From: Gemmatimonadota bacterium
GTDB taxonomy: Bacteria > Gemmatimonadota > Gemmatimonadetes > Palauibacterales > KS3-K002
DNA length: 64,000 nucleotides
Direction of reading: 5' to 3'
Assembly: GCA_039589995.1 (NCBI GenBank)
Contig: JBDHGH010000003.1
Span: 16,647 to 80,646, forward strand
Shown here: positions 1-9,346 of the stretch, in pieces
How the letters are laid out: each line of letters starts with the position of its first letter
How positions within the stretch are numbered: position 1 is the stretch's first letter
Translations under genes and position numbers: made by a program
Notes under the pieces: generated by a model
Databases searched by the model: none
Seen by the model: the letters and a program-made list of their open reading frames with translations, nothing else
What the model was told of the DNA's origin: nothing

Positions 1-1119
1 GGTTACGCGCGCGCGCATCTGCGGGGCCCACATCCAGAGCGTCGTTGCGTTACGCGCCGCTCGCCCGACAATGAAACCATCGCTGCCGGCAGCCGAAGAC
101 TGCTCATGCAGCTCGATCACAGGCTGATCGCCCTGAATCCAAACGTCGAGTGGAAGCGGCACTCGGGTGGTGTCGTCCTGGGTCGCGACCTCAACGACGG
201 CGCAACCCTCAGGCGACACCGAGGACTCGCCCGCCACTGTCGCGCCGCTATCCGCCGCCGTCGGTTCATCCAGAGGGGTTTCCACCGCCACGGCCACGAC
301 GCTGTCGGTGACCGCCAGCGGCTCGTCGCCCGCGATCTTCGCGAGGCTGTCGACCGGCAATGAACAGTAGGGTTCATCGAACGAGGCGCCGACCGCCTTG
401 GGACTCAGCGTGGGCGTTTTGTAGCCACGCCCCAGAGATTCCTCGGCGATCAACTCTCCACGAAAGAGCGAGGACGAGGAACGACGCAACGATGTTGGAA
501 CCCGGCCCAATACCCAGATCGCTGGCGAGCCACTGACCTCTGGGGACTCGGGTCTGAGCGCGAGTCTGTCTCCGGACGGAAGTAGCAAACGCACGACAGC
601 GCCGGGGGTAGCGCGCACACTTATCGGGATCGCCTCTCCATCGCGCACCCACCAGGAGCCTCGGGGAGCCATGGATGCAGCATCGATCACCGCCGAATCG
701 GACGCGAGCGGCCTCACCGGCGGCGGCCGGCGGATCGTGTGGATGCTAGTCACACTCTCGTCGCCCAACGACGCCGTGAGTTCGTAATCGGCGAGGGAAT
801 CGCCCGGGACACCGGGAACCGGGAGCCATGCCAGGAAGGATCCGTTTGGCTGCACGGAAACGTCGTAGCCGTCGATCGTCAGCCGAGCGCTACCGTCTCC
901 GACGGACCCGAATATGAAGTTGGAATCTCGCGCGGCGACCCGGCTACTATCGGGAGGGTAGACGACATCTATGGCTAGCGGTCCCGATCGCATCGGTATC
1001 GGTGGAGGGCCAACCTTGGATGTCCGCGACGCACACGCCGCACTGGTTGTCAGCGCGAGTACAATCGCGGCAACGCGAGATCCTACCGCGGGCGTGAACG
1101 ACTTCGCACATTCTCTCAT
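1..1119 (-). CDS. Putative N-acetylmuramoyl-L-alanine amidase lipoprotein, N-terminal part; runs off the window start
   Basis: Missing from the ORF track because it has no stop in the window. Manual translation from ATG 1119 gives MRECAKSFTPAVGSRVAAIVLALTTSAAC (lipobox-like)...LAIDVVYPPDSSRVAARDSNFIFGSVGDG...QPNGSFLAWLP, open to base 1. The N-terminus resembles amidase N-terminal regions and the gene ends a peptidoglycan-recycling operon. The catalytic domain is not visible. Confidence 0.6.
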   Translation of the reverse strand, partial: MRECAKSFTPAVGSRVAAIVLALTTSAACASRTSKVGPPPIPMRSGPLAIDVVYPPDSSRVAARDSNFIFGSVGDGSARLTIDGYDVSVQPNGSFLAWLPVPGVPGDSLADYELTASLGDESVTSIHTIRRPPPVRPLASDSAVIDAASMAPRGSWWVRDGEAIPISVRATPGAVVRLLLPSGDRLALRPESPEVSGSPAIWVLGRVPTSLRRSSSSLFRGELIAEESLGRGYKTPTLSPKAVGASFDEPYCSLPVDSLAKIAGDEPLAVTDSVVAVAVETPLDEPTAADSGATVAGESSVSPEGCAVVEVATQDDTTRVPLPLDVWIQGDQPVIELHEQSSAAGSDGFIVGRAARNATTLWMWAPQMRARVT

Positions 1120-1199
1120 CGAAGCACCAAAGTACCCCTTCCCCTCTCACCCCGTCAAAAACCCACTCTGTCTCTGCTCCTATTCCCACTCGTACTCGA

Positions 1200-2942
1200 T
1201 CACGCGGCCTGTTCTAGATCAACACGCCCCGCAGCGACACGCCGCAACGCAACACCCGCGGCACCGGCCACGGCCATGGCCACCAATCCCTTTACAGTAG
1301 ACCCCAACACCAGCCACCCGACACCAAACATCAACGCAAAGATGAGCACGACCCCAACGACGCCCGAGGAGACGTCGGCGCCCAAATCCTGGAGCGGAGC
1401 CAACCCCGTGGCAACCCGCTGACGCCGCCAACCGGGCCCTCCCGGCCTCGTGCGCCGATAGAACCTCTCGAGCGTCTCCTCGGACTCCGGCGAGGTGAGC
1501 AACATCGCCGGGACCCAAATCGCCATGGAACCGAAGGCCGTCACCGCCAGCCTCACACCGAAATCGATATCGCCGAACGCCGGCAGGTACGACAGGATGG
1601 CGATCAACATCCCGGCGAGCATCGCCGCCAACTCGGCCCAAGCATTAACTCGCCACCAGAACCACCTCAGAATTAGCACGGCGCCGGGCCCCGTCCCGAT
1701 GGCAATCATGAAGCGAAATACCGTCCCGATATCCTGAGCGATGAAAGCCGCCCCCGCGGCCAGGGCCACGATGAACACCGAAGCCACCCGACCGACCCAA
1801 ACCTTCTCTCGATCTTCGGCTTCCGGATGTACCCAACGGGCATACAGGTCGTTGACGATGTAACTCGCGCCCCAGTTGATCAGCGTCGAAACCGTGCTCA
1901 TAAACGCGGCCAGGAAGGACGCGATCACCAGGCCGAGCAGGCCCGCGGGCAGGTAGTCGAGCATCAACTGGATGTAGCCGATCTCGGGATCCGCGAGGGT
2001 CGGGTATAGCACCAGCGCGACCAGTGCAACGATGATCCAAGGCCAGGTTCGCACGACATAGTGCAGAACGTTGAACAACCAAGCCGCTTTGACGGCGTCT
2101 TCCTCGCTCTTCGATGCGATGAAGCGTTGAATGAACTGACCGCCGCCGTCTGTGTTTCGGAACGCCCACCACTGGATACCGATGTAGGCGAGGAAGGTGG
2201 TCATGGACAACTGTGCGATGTCGGACCAGGGCATGAAGTCGAGTCTGTCTCCCAGTCCGCTCTCGACCAACGTCGCTTTCAGTCCGGCAATCCCGCCCAC
2301 GTCGGGGAGGGCGAAGCCCACCACAAGCAGAGCGCCCAGCAACGCAAGCACGAATTGGATGAAGTCCGTGGCCACAACACCCCACAGCCCCGCCAGCCCG
2401 GCATAGACCAGGACCAGCACCGATATCGCCACCACGATCCAGAGGCGCGGCTCGCCCGGCAGGTCGATACCCATCGACTCCCACAGGCCCAGCGCTTCGA
2501 TGACTTTCCGCATCGCCAACATCGCGTAGCCCATACCGATGCAGTTGATGGGCACTGCGAAAATGAAAGCGCGCATCCCGCGCAGTAGGGCGGCGGGTTT
2601 GCCACCGTAGCGCAGTTCCGTCAGCTCGACGTCGGTGACCACCTCGCTTCGGCGCCACAGGCGCGCGAAGAGATAGATCATCAGCACGTGCGTGATGGCG
2701 AACGCCCACCATTCCCAATTGCCGGCGATGCCGCGCCGAGCGACGAGTCCTGTGACATAGAGGGGTGTGTCGACGCTGAACGTCGTGGCCGCCATCGAAG
2801 TGCCCGCCAGCCACCACGGCAGGGCCCGGCCGCCGACGAAGAATTCCTTGAAGCTGCGAGCACCTCGGCGCGAGAAGAAAAGCCCGATGGCTAGTGTCGC
2901 TACCAGGTAGGCGCCGATGACCAGCCAGTCGAGTGAAGTCAT
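1200..2942 (-). CDS. Sodium:solute symporter (SSS) family transporter
   Basis: MTSLDWLVIGAYL...FFVGGRALPWWLAGTSMAATTFSVDTPL; LAAFMST motif; many TM helices; ATG overlaps the nagZ stop (ATGA). Confidence 0.9.
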   Translation of the reverse strand: MTSLDWLVIGAYLVATLAIGLFFSRRGARSFKEFFVGGRALPWWLAGTSMAATTFSVDTPLYVTGLVARRGIAGNWEWWAFAITHVLMIYLFARLWRRSEVVTDVELTELRYGGKPAALLRGMRAFIFAVPINCIGMGYAMLAMRKVIEALGLWESMGIDLPGEPRLWIVVAISVLVLVYAGLAGLWGVVATDFIQFVLALLGALLVVGFALPDVGGIAGLKATLVESGLGDRLDFMPWSDIAQLSMTTFLAYIGIQWWAFRNTDGGGQFIQRFIASKSEEDAVKAAWLFNVLHYVVRTWPWIIVALVALVLYPTLADPEIGYIQLMLDYLPAGLLGLVIASFLAAFMSTVSTLINWGASYIVNDLYARWVHPEAEDREKVWVGRVASVFIVALAAGAAFIAQDIGTVFRFMIAIGTGPGAVLILRWFWWRVNAWAELAAMLAGMLIAILSYLPAFGDIDFGVRLAVTAFGSMAIWVPAMLLTSPESEETLERFYRRTRPGGPGWRRQRVATGLAPLQDLGADVSSGVVGVVLIFALMFGVGWLVLGSTVKGLVAMAVAGAAGVALRRVAAGRVDLEQAA

Positions 2943-4399
2943 CGACCGGCCGCTGTCACCAGGCGTTCGGCCACGGCTTCTTGCATCAGTGTGTCTCCGC
3001 ACCAAGCGCATAGAACGTTTGGTGCAAATCGCAATTGGTCAGCCATGCGCGGATGGCCGAACAAGACGAGCGCCGCATCAGGCGAACCCTCGAGCATGCC
3101 CCGCAACGTCTCCACGGTCGCCTCACCGAGACCCGACCGTCCCTTCCATCCCTTTACATCGGAGAACACGGCTACGATGTCGATATCCGATCCGGCGGCC
3201 TCCGACCCCAACGTGACGCTTCGGTCCTGCAAGGCCGAAGCGAATCGGCCACGGTCAGAAAGGGCCGAACCCGGGGCACCAACCGACGGAGGAAGATCCA
3301 CCACATCATCGTCGAGGACACGCAGTCGAACATTTTGGCCCGGCCCAGCCAAAGGCAACGAACCGCGAATCAGGTGAACCGACCGAACCGCTAGCTCCAA
3401 CGCGCGGACACCACTCGATGTTGTAAGTGTTGATCCCAGCGATGTCTTCGATGAAGTCGCCAACTCACCGATCCGATCCGTAGCCTCTTCGATGCGTCGC
3501 CTGTCCAAACGACCTGATGCGACAGCGGATTCGAGCTCCGCGATGGTGCTCTTCGGCGAGCTGGGATAAAGAACGACGTCACAGCCCGCCCGCACAGCTT
3601 CGATTGCAGCGTCTTCCTCCGTGCGACCTGAACCGGAAACCGCCTGCATGATGAACGCGTCGGTGACCACAACGCCATCAAAGCCCAGTTCTTCTCTTAG
3701 CAATTCAATTGTCGCAGGCGACAGGCTGGCCGGAGCTCCCGTGGGATCCAACTCGGGGAACGCGATGTGCGCCATCATAACCGAACGAACGCCTGCCTCG
3801 ATCGCCGCCCGGAACGGAGCGAGATCCGCCTCGAGCTTTTCCCGCGTCGCACCCACGACGGGAAGCTCCGCATGCGAATCCACGGTCGTGCGACCATGAC
3901 CGGGGAAATGCTTGGCACACGCGCTAACGCCTTCGGCCTGGGCGGCCTGAATCCATGTCCGCACCCGCTCCGAGACCGAGGCTGCCCTGGCACCGAAGGC
4001 TCGAGTACCGACGATGGGGTTGGCCGGCTCGATATCGAGATCGGCCACCGGCGCCAGCACCCAACCGACTCCGGCAGCCGCAGCTTCGCGTGCCGTTATC
4101 CGAGCCGCTTCCACCAGCATGTTGGCGGGCATCGCAGCCAGCGCCGCCGGCGGCGGCAACGGCGTCGCACCCCTTAGCTGCTGACCCGCACCACGCTCGA
4201 GATCCGATGCAAAGAGAAGTGTTCGATCCGTGTGCTGTCGGACGCGCTCTGCAAGCTCGCGCATCGCAGCCACGCTTCCGCCGAAGATGACGAACCCGCC
4301 TACGCCGAGATCGATGTCGCGTCGCACATCCGGCCAAACCTCGTCGGGGCCGCGGTCACCCCAACGGATGGCCGGAAAGACCAGGCGGGCCGTGGTCAT
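2939..4399 (-). CDS. nagZ: Beta-N-acetylhexosaminidase, GH3
   Basis: KHFPGHGRTTVDSH motif, APVAD, VVTDAFIM nucleophile region; ATG 4399 overlaps the anmK stop. Confidence 0.88.
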   Translation of the reverse strand: MTTARLVFPAIRWGDRGPDEVWPDVRRDIDLGVGGFVIFGGSVAAMRELAERVRQHTDRTLLFASDLERGAGQQLRGATPLPPPAALAAMPANMLVEAARITAREAAAAGVGWVLAPVADLDIEPANPIVGTRAFGARAASVSERVRTWIQAAQAEGVSACAKHFPGHGRTTVDSHAELPVVGATREKLEADLAPFRAAIEAGVRSVMMAHIAFPELDPTGAPASLSPATIELLREELGFDGVVVTDAFIMQAVSGSGRTEEDAAIEAVRAGCDVVLYPSSPKSTIAELESAVASGRLDRRRIEEATDRIGELATSSKTSLGSTLTTSSGVRALELAVRSVHLIRGSLPLAGPGQNVRLRVLDDDVVDLPPSVGAPGSALSDRGRFASALQDRSVTLGSEAAGSDIDIVAVFSDVKGWKGRSGLGEATVETLRGMLEGSPDAALVLFGHPRMADQLRFAPNVLCAWCGDTLMQEAVAERLVTAAGR

Positions 4400-5529
4400 G
4401 GTGGGGTCAGTTTGCCCAAGATTCGGGGTCCGGCAGCACCGGTGACCGAGGGGACATTGCCCGGCGTGGCCGTCTGAAACAGATGCGCGAGGATCGCGAA
4501 GGCGGCGGCTTCCTTCGCATCGGGGTCCCACCCCAATACCGACAGATCCGTAATTGGAATAGGATCGAGCCGTTCGGCGAGCATCTGCATCAGTGTCGGG
4601 TTGCGGGCTCCGCCACCTGAGACGATGCATTCATCCGGCTGCTGTTCCGAAAGACGGTACGCTCCGGCGATCGACTGCGCCGTGAGCGCCGTCGCCGTCG
4701 CGACCAGATCATCGTCGCCCAAGCCCAGCTCCCTGCCCTGTCGAATCAGCGCTCGAGCGTAGGCCTCACCGTACCGCTCGCGTCCCGTCGACTTGGGCCG
4801 GCTCTCTCGGAAATAGTCGTCGTCGAGTAGCGTGGACAGCAACCCGTCGTTGATCCGACCCGACGCTGCTCGAAGCCCGTCGACGTCAAAGTGCTCCGCG
4901 CCGTCGCTCAAGAATCTGACCACCGCATCGATCACCGCGACACCGGGACCGGTATCGAACGCGATGAGCGACTCCTCCGATTCGGCCGGCGGCAAAAACG
5001 TTACGTTGGCAATCCCGCCGATGTTTTGCAGCGCACGCCACGCGCCCGGGACCGAGAACAGAAGGCGATCGACGATCGGCACCAGCGGTGCTCCGTGGCC
5101 ACCGGCCGCGACATCCCGTGCTCGGAAATCGGAGACGACCGGCACACCCAGTCGCTCGGCCAGCACAGCCGGCTCGCCCAACTGCAGCGTGGCGCCGGTC
5201 TGGTTGGCCGCGGGCGGTTCGTGCCAGACGGTCTGCCCGTGGCTGCCTACGGCTGAGACCTGAGCCGCCTCCACACCAGAATCGCCCAACAGCTGGCGCG
5301 CCGCCTCGGCGAACCACTCACCCAGCTGGACGTTCAAGCGACAAAGCTCCTTGGGACCGCCGGACAGCGCCATCCTGATGGACTGGCGTTGCTGGTCATC
5401 GTAGGGCACGGACAGGAACGCCTCGACATGGGCTCCCAGGCGATCCTCTTCGTTCTCGATTTCGACCAGCGCTGCATCCACGCCGTCCAGCGATGTGCCG
5501 GACATCAAGCCCAAGTATCGTTTCGACAA
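4396..5529 (-). CDS. anmK: Anhydro-N-acetylmuramic acid kinase
   Basis: GLMSGTSLDGVD, GSHGQT, DVAAGGHGAPLVP, NIGGIAN, FDTGPG, PKSTGRE, GGGARN. Start inferred at TTG 5529. Confidence 0.95.
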   Translation of the reverse strand: MSKRYLGLMSGTSLDGVDAALVEIENEEDRLGAHVEAFLSVPYDDQQRQSIRMALSGGPKELCRLNVQLGEWFAEAARQLLGDSGVEAAQVSAVGSHGQTVWHEPPAANQTGATLQLGEPAVLAERLGVPVVSDFRARDVAAGGHGAPLVPIVDRLLFSVPGAWRALQNIGGIANVTFLPPAESEESLIAFDTGPGVAVIDAVVRFLSDGAEHFDVDGLRAASGRINDGLLSTLLDDDYFRESRPKSTGRERYGEAYARALIRQGRELGLGDDDLVATATALTAQSIAGAYRLSEQQPDECIVSGGGARNPTLMQMLAERLDPIPITDLSVLGWDPDAKEAAAFAILAHLFQTATPGNVPSVTGAAGPRILGKLTPP

Positions 5530-5534
5530 GGTTC

Positions 5535-6894
5535 TCAGTCCGATAGGAGGCTCTTGATCGCCTCGAGGTGACGGTGATCGTGCCATACGAGATGCCGCAG
5601 GATTTGATAGACTGATATCGGTCCAAAGATCTCGTGCTTCCCCGTTCGCTCGAGATCTTCCACACTCGCCGTCTGGATCTGCGACAGTAGTCGAGCTCTA
5701 CTCTCTCTCAAGATCTCGAGCAGAGTTTCTGCCTCAGCATCCCGGGCTCCGCTATGAGATGTTCTCGCGTTCTCTTTGCGATCGTCGCGATTGACGATTG
5801 CAGGCTCGTCGCTACTCAGGATGGTGACGATGCGCTTTCGCATGAACTCGTCACAATCGACCAAATGTTGCAGCTGCTCTTTCACACACCAACGGTCATC
5901 GGCGGGTCGCCGACTGAGTAGCTCGTCGGTCACCGCAGAGATCGAGTCGGCGATGCGTTGTGAAAGATTCCCCATCGCCGAGCAAACGAGTTCGATACTA
6001 TACGAGCTGGGCGGTCCCATCGGGTATCGACCGAACGGGTCTTCGTCCTCCGAGTCGCGATTCACCGCGTCGGCCAAGTCGAGTGCACCGCGGACGAACC
6101 CCTCGCTTTCCGCCAGGTACAGCTCGGCCAACTCCCTGTTCACTGTCGCCCTGGCCATCACGACGGCGACCTTCACCGAACCGCCGGCGTCGTGCAGAAG
6201 ACGGAGCGCTTCCTCTCGCGAACAGCCCGCCACCGCCATGACGATGCGCTCGCTGCGATCCACCAGCTTTTCGCTCATCGTCTGAAGGTCGACCATCAGG
6301 TTTCCGTAGGTCTTGCCGAGCCGGATCATGGCGCCGGTGGTGATCGTGTTGAGCACCAGCTTGGTGGCCGTCCCGGCCTTCATCCGCGTCGAGCCCGTCA
6401 CAACCTCCGGTCCGACCAGCGGGACGATGCACACGTCGACGAGTGCACGATAGTCATCACCCGGCTCGGTACAGCAGAGGAAACCCGTGCGGGCACCGAG
6501 ATCCGCTGCACGCTCCAACGCACCGCGGACGTACGGCGTCGTACTCGATGTTGCGATGCCGACGCACCAAAGCCACATGCCCGCCGGCAATGATCCCCTG
6601 CACCATCTCGGGCGGCGTCCCGAACGTCGGCGGGCACTCGGTAGCATCGAGGGTGCCCAGGCGTCCGCTGGTGCCGGCTCCGACGTAGATCAACCGACCG
6701 CCGCGCCGAAAACCGTCGACGGCGATCTCGATAGCGCGAGCGATCTCTTCCCGCTGCGAGCGTACGACCTCGGGAACGGTACGGTCTTCGGCGTTGATTA
6801 GGTCGACGATTTCCAACGGGCTGGCGCCGTCGATTTCCCGTGTGCGCGGGTTCGACTGCTCGGTCAGGCGGGAATCAAAGAGATCGTCGACCAT
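5535..6894 (-). pseudogene. murQ: N-acetylmuramic acid 6-phosphate etherase, split by an internal deletion/frameshift near 6560 and fused to a C-terminal DinB-like domain
   Basis: The N-terminal half (TEQSNP, GAGTSGRLG, DATECPPTFG, GIIAGG) is in ORF 6457..6894. The C-terminal half (GIATSSTTPYV, GPEVVTGSTRMKAGTATK, GNLMVD) is in another frame, ORF 5535..6647. The EGAED segment is missing. Could be an assembly error. Confidence 0.8.
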
Positions 6895-6944
6895 GGCATG
6901 TTCAAGCTACGGGTGCTCTGACCCGGAAGGAAGAACCCTCTGGC

Positions 6945-7018
6945 CAACGTTCGACGTTCGACGCTCAACGGTCGACCCAAGTCCCGTCAGACCTGGGTCG
7001 ACCGCTTGTTGAACGTCG
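6945..7018. repeat. Intergenic imperfect palindrome built from 7-nt units (CAACGTT CGACGTT CGACGCT CAACGGT)
   Basis: CGGTCGACCCAAGTC-ccgtca-GACCTGGGTCGACCG stem with heptamer arms; lies between the porin stop and the murQ start. Confidence 0.6.
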
Positions 7019-7027
7019 CCTACTCGA

Positions 7028-8275
7028 TCAAGGCCAGTTCAGAATCATCTGCACGTAGCCCCACCACGTCGTATCCTTACCACCCTGGAAGGCAGGCAGG
7101 AGTTGCGTAACTAGATCTTCCGGGAAAAAGACCCCGAAGCCCGCTTGCACGGCTCCGGGCTTTGCGAACTTCCAATTGCCCACCAGATCCAACTCGGTGC
7201 CCAGCGCCGTTTCTCCACCGCGTTTCTTGGCCGTGTTGAAGCGGTGCAGGTCGAGGCTGAGCCGGGTGTTCGTACCTGTGTCGAGGGAGCCCCTGAGAAC
7301 GGCATCGACAAGTCCCGCCCCATCGAGCTGCAACCTGGGGGCGAGAAAATAGTCCATGATGCCGTAGAACTTATGGTTGGTGGCGTACAAGGTGGTGAAG
7401 GACTCGATGTCGCCGGACGCCGGGTCATCGTCGCCTGACAAGTAGTCCACTTGGGCCGCTATGGTTCCCTTCCCGATGGCCACGCCAAGCCGCCCGCTGC
7501 CGAAGTAGGCACTGCGACTCGGGCCGCCCTGATATGCCCCTGCACCTTCATATAGGACCACCCCACTCCGACCGTGGAGTCGCAAGTTCACCGTATACGA
7601 CTTTTCTGTGATCGCATCCACATCGTACAGCGCGGTCAACTCGGAATTGACGTCACCAAACGTCTTCGACGCAAACCCGCCGATCAGCCAGCCGTCGTCG
7701 TAGACCCCCTGGTTCAGCTGGGGGTGTAAACCGACGGTCAACAACGAATCACGCTCGACCACATTGTAGGCAAAAGCAGACCAGCCAATCCCACCGGCCA
7801 CGCCTAACACACGCACGCCGTCGAAGGACCGGCCGGTGTTGCTCCAGCCAACGGCGCCCACGAGCCTCTCGTCTGCAAGCGGCGCTTCTTGCCGTCCAAG
7901 CCGCGCGGTGAACGCATCGGTGCTCCCAAGTTCGGCGTAGCCCTGATGCATATCGAAGTTATCGGCACCTGCGTCGGTAAGCGTGTTGATTTCGCTGCCC
8001 CAGGCTCGCGCATCTTGTAGCTGTACGTAGGCGCGGATCCAATCCATCAAGCCCACTCTGGCTCCGCCGCGGATCCGTGACAACGTCGCGAAGTCGGGCT
8101 TGAAGCCAGTCGTTCGCCCGTCACCCTCTGCACGCAAGCGGAACTGGCCGTCAAATCTGATCTTGGGAAACTCGTCCTCGTCTTGAGCCTGCACCGTGCC
8201 CGGCATAGCCGCGAACATCAAACACGTGACCAATAGCGCGTTCAGCACCCGGTTGAGACTCGAGCGGAGCAGCAT
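7028..8275 (-). CDS. Alginate export family outer-membrane beta-barrel porin
   Basis: Signal peptide ending VQA; GQFRLRAE, VQLQDARAWG, RLGRQE...RLVGAVGWSNTGRSFDG, LYATNHKFYG, GTELDL; GGAGGT Shine-Dalgarno before ATG 8275. Confidence 0.8.
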   Translation of the reverse strand: MLLRSSLNRVLNALLVTCLMFAAMPGTVQAQDEDEFPKIRFDGQFRLRAEGDGRTTGFKPDFATLSRIRGGARVGLMDWIRAYVQLQDARAWGSEINTLTDAGADNFDMHQGYAELGSTDAFTARLGRQEAPLADERLVGAVGWSNTGRSFDGVRVLGVAGGIGWSAFAYNVVERDSLLTVGLHPQLNQGVYDDGWLIGGFASKTFGDVNSELTALYDVDAITEKSYTVNLRLHGRSGVVLYEGAGAYQGGPSRSAYFGSGRLGVAIGKGTIAAQVDYLSGDDDPASGDIESFTTLYATNHKFYGIMDYFLAPRLQLDGAGLVDAVLRGSLDTGTNTRLSLDLHRFNTAKKRGGETALGTELDLVGNWKFAKPGAVQAGFGVFFPEDLVTQLLPAFQGGKDTTWWGYVQMILNWP

Positions 8276-8432
8276 ACCCCACCTCCGATTGGTGTGCCTG
8301 ATCATGAATGACAACCGCGAGACGGACTGCGCCCGACTGCGGATCGAGATAGAAAGGACGGTTGGGTAGGACCGCTCCGCACGAGGGTACGGATGGCTTG
8401 CTCACTTGGCCGCAAGACCGCGTGGCCAATAT

Positions 8433-8525
8433 TTATCACCCTGGAATGAGAATCAAGTAGGAGCGACTCCTAAAGTATTGACGCCAGCGAATCGGCGTCC
8501 CAATATCCTCACATTCAGGTGATAA
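8433..8525. promoter_or_regulatory. Divergent promoter region with symmetric operator-like sites
   Basis: TAGGAG-cga-CTCCTA palindrome at 8458-8472; TTGACG at 8478-8483; TTATCACCCTGGAATGAG (8433-8450) is mirrored imperfectly by CTCACATTCAGGTGATAA (8508-8525). Confidence 0.5.
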
Positions 8526-8692
8526 TCTCGTGCACCGGGGTCCATCGGCCTTGCGTCGCTGCCCCGGCCTGAACGACAGCCCCAGCAGCTTTTACCAGCC
8601 CATAGAACTCAATCGCGTTCTGCTCCGGGCCGTGGATCACGGCCGCACGGAGTCGAACCCGTGCGTCAGTTACTCGCTCGAGGAAGGCCAAG

Positions 8693-9313
8693 ATGGCAGA
8701 CGAAGAAAGACGCGAAAACGGAAACACGACCGAAGGGACCCACCGACGCGACTTTCTGAAGAACGCGTCACGGGCCGCGATGACCGCGGGTATCGTGGGC
8801 GGCTATGGAGGATTTGCGCTCATCGCCGGTCGCTACCTCTACCCCTCCCGCACGGGCGAGGTGATGTGGCAGCTGGTGAGCGAGGTGGAAGGTATCAAGG
8901 TCGGCGAGTCGATTCGATATCGCGGGCCTTCCGGCGAGACCATCAACATCACTCGAATGAGTCGGGACGGCGGGTCCGGCGACTTCATCGCCCTCTCCAG
9001 CACGTGCCCTCACCTCGGTTGTCAGGTGCGCTGGGAAGCACAGAACAATCGCTTCTTCTGCCCGTGTCACAACGGCGTGTTCGATCGGTCCGGCGTGGCC
9101 ACCGCAGGGCCGCCTGGCGAGGCGGGCCAAGCACTGCCGAAGTACGAACTGAACGTCGAGGGAGGACTTCTCTTCATCGCCGTGCCGCCGCCGCGATTTT
9201 CGGATGCGGACCCGCGCGGCGAGGTTTTGGAAGGCGATGAGTGCGTCAGCGGGCCGGGACATGACCCCTGTCTCGCCGTTCGCCCGAAGCGCAAACCCGG
9301 CACCCTAGTCTAG
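8693..9313 (+). CDS. Rieske [2Fe-2S] subunit of a Rieske/cytochrome b complex
   Basis: Tat motif HRRDFLK followed by a TM helix; CPHLGC and CPCHNG boxes; GPP. Confidence 0.93.
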   Translation: MADEERRENGNTTEGTHRRDFLKNASRAAMTAGIVGGYGGFALIAGRYLYPSRTGEVMWQLVSEVEGIKVGESIRYRGPSGETINITRMSRDGGSGDFIALSSTCPHLGCQVRWEAQNNRFFCPCHNGVFDRSGVATAGPPGEAGQALPKYELNVEGGLLFIAVPPPRFSDADPRGEVLEGDECVSGPGHDPCLAVRPKRKPGTLV

Positions 9314-9346
9314 GGAGAGCGAACCCCAGATCGAGAGACGGCTACG

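Noticed and set aside
6550-6575. Programmed ribosomal frameshift in murQ
   Set aside because: No slippery sequence, and conserved coding sequence is missing, so a frameshift would not restore the enzyme.
7028-8275. Alginate biosynthesis locus
   Set aside because: Only the porin fold is present; no alg synthesis genes.
8530-8692. Molybdenum cofactor riboswitch in the Rieske leader
   Set aside because: Two small hairpins exist (8628-8665), but I see no Moco RNA consensus elements.
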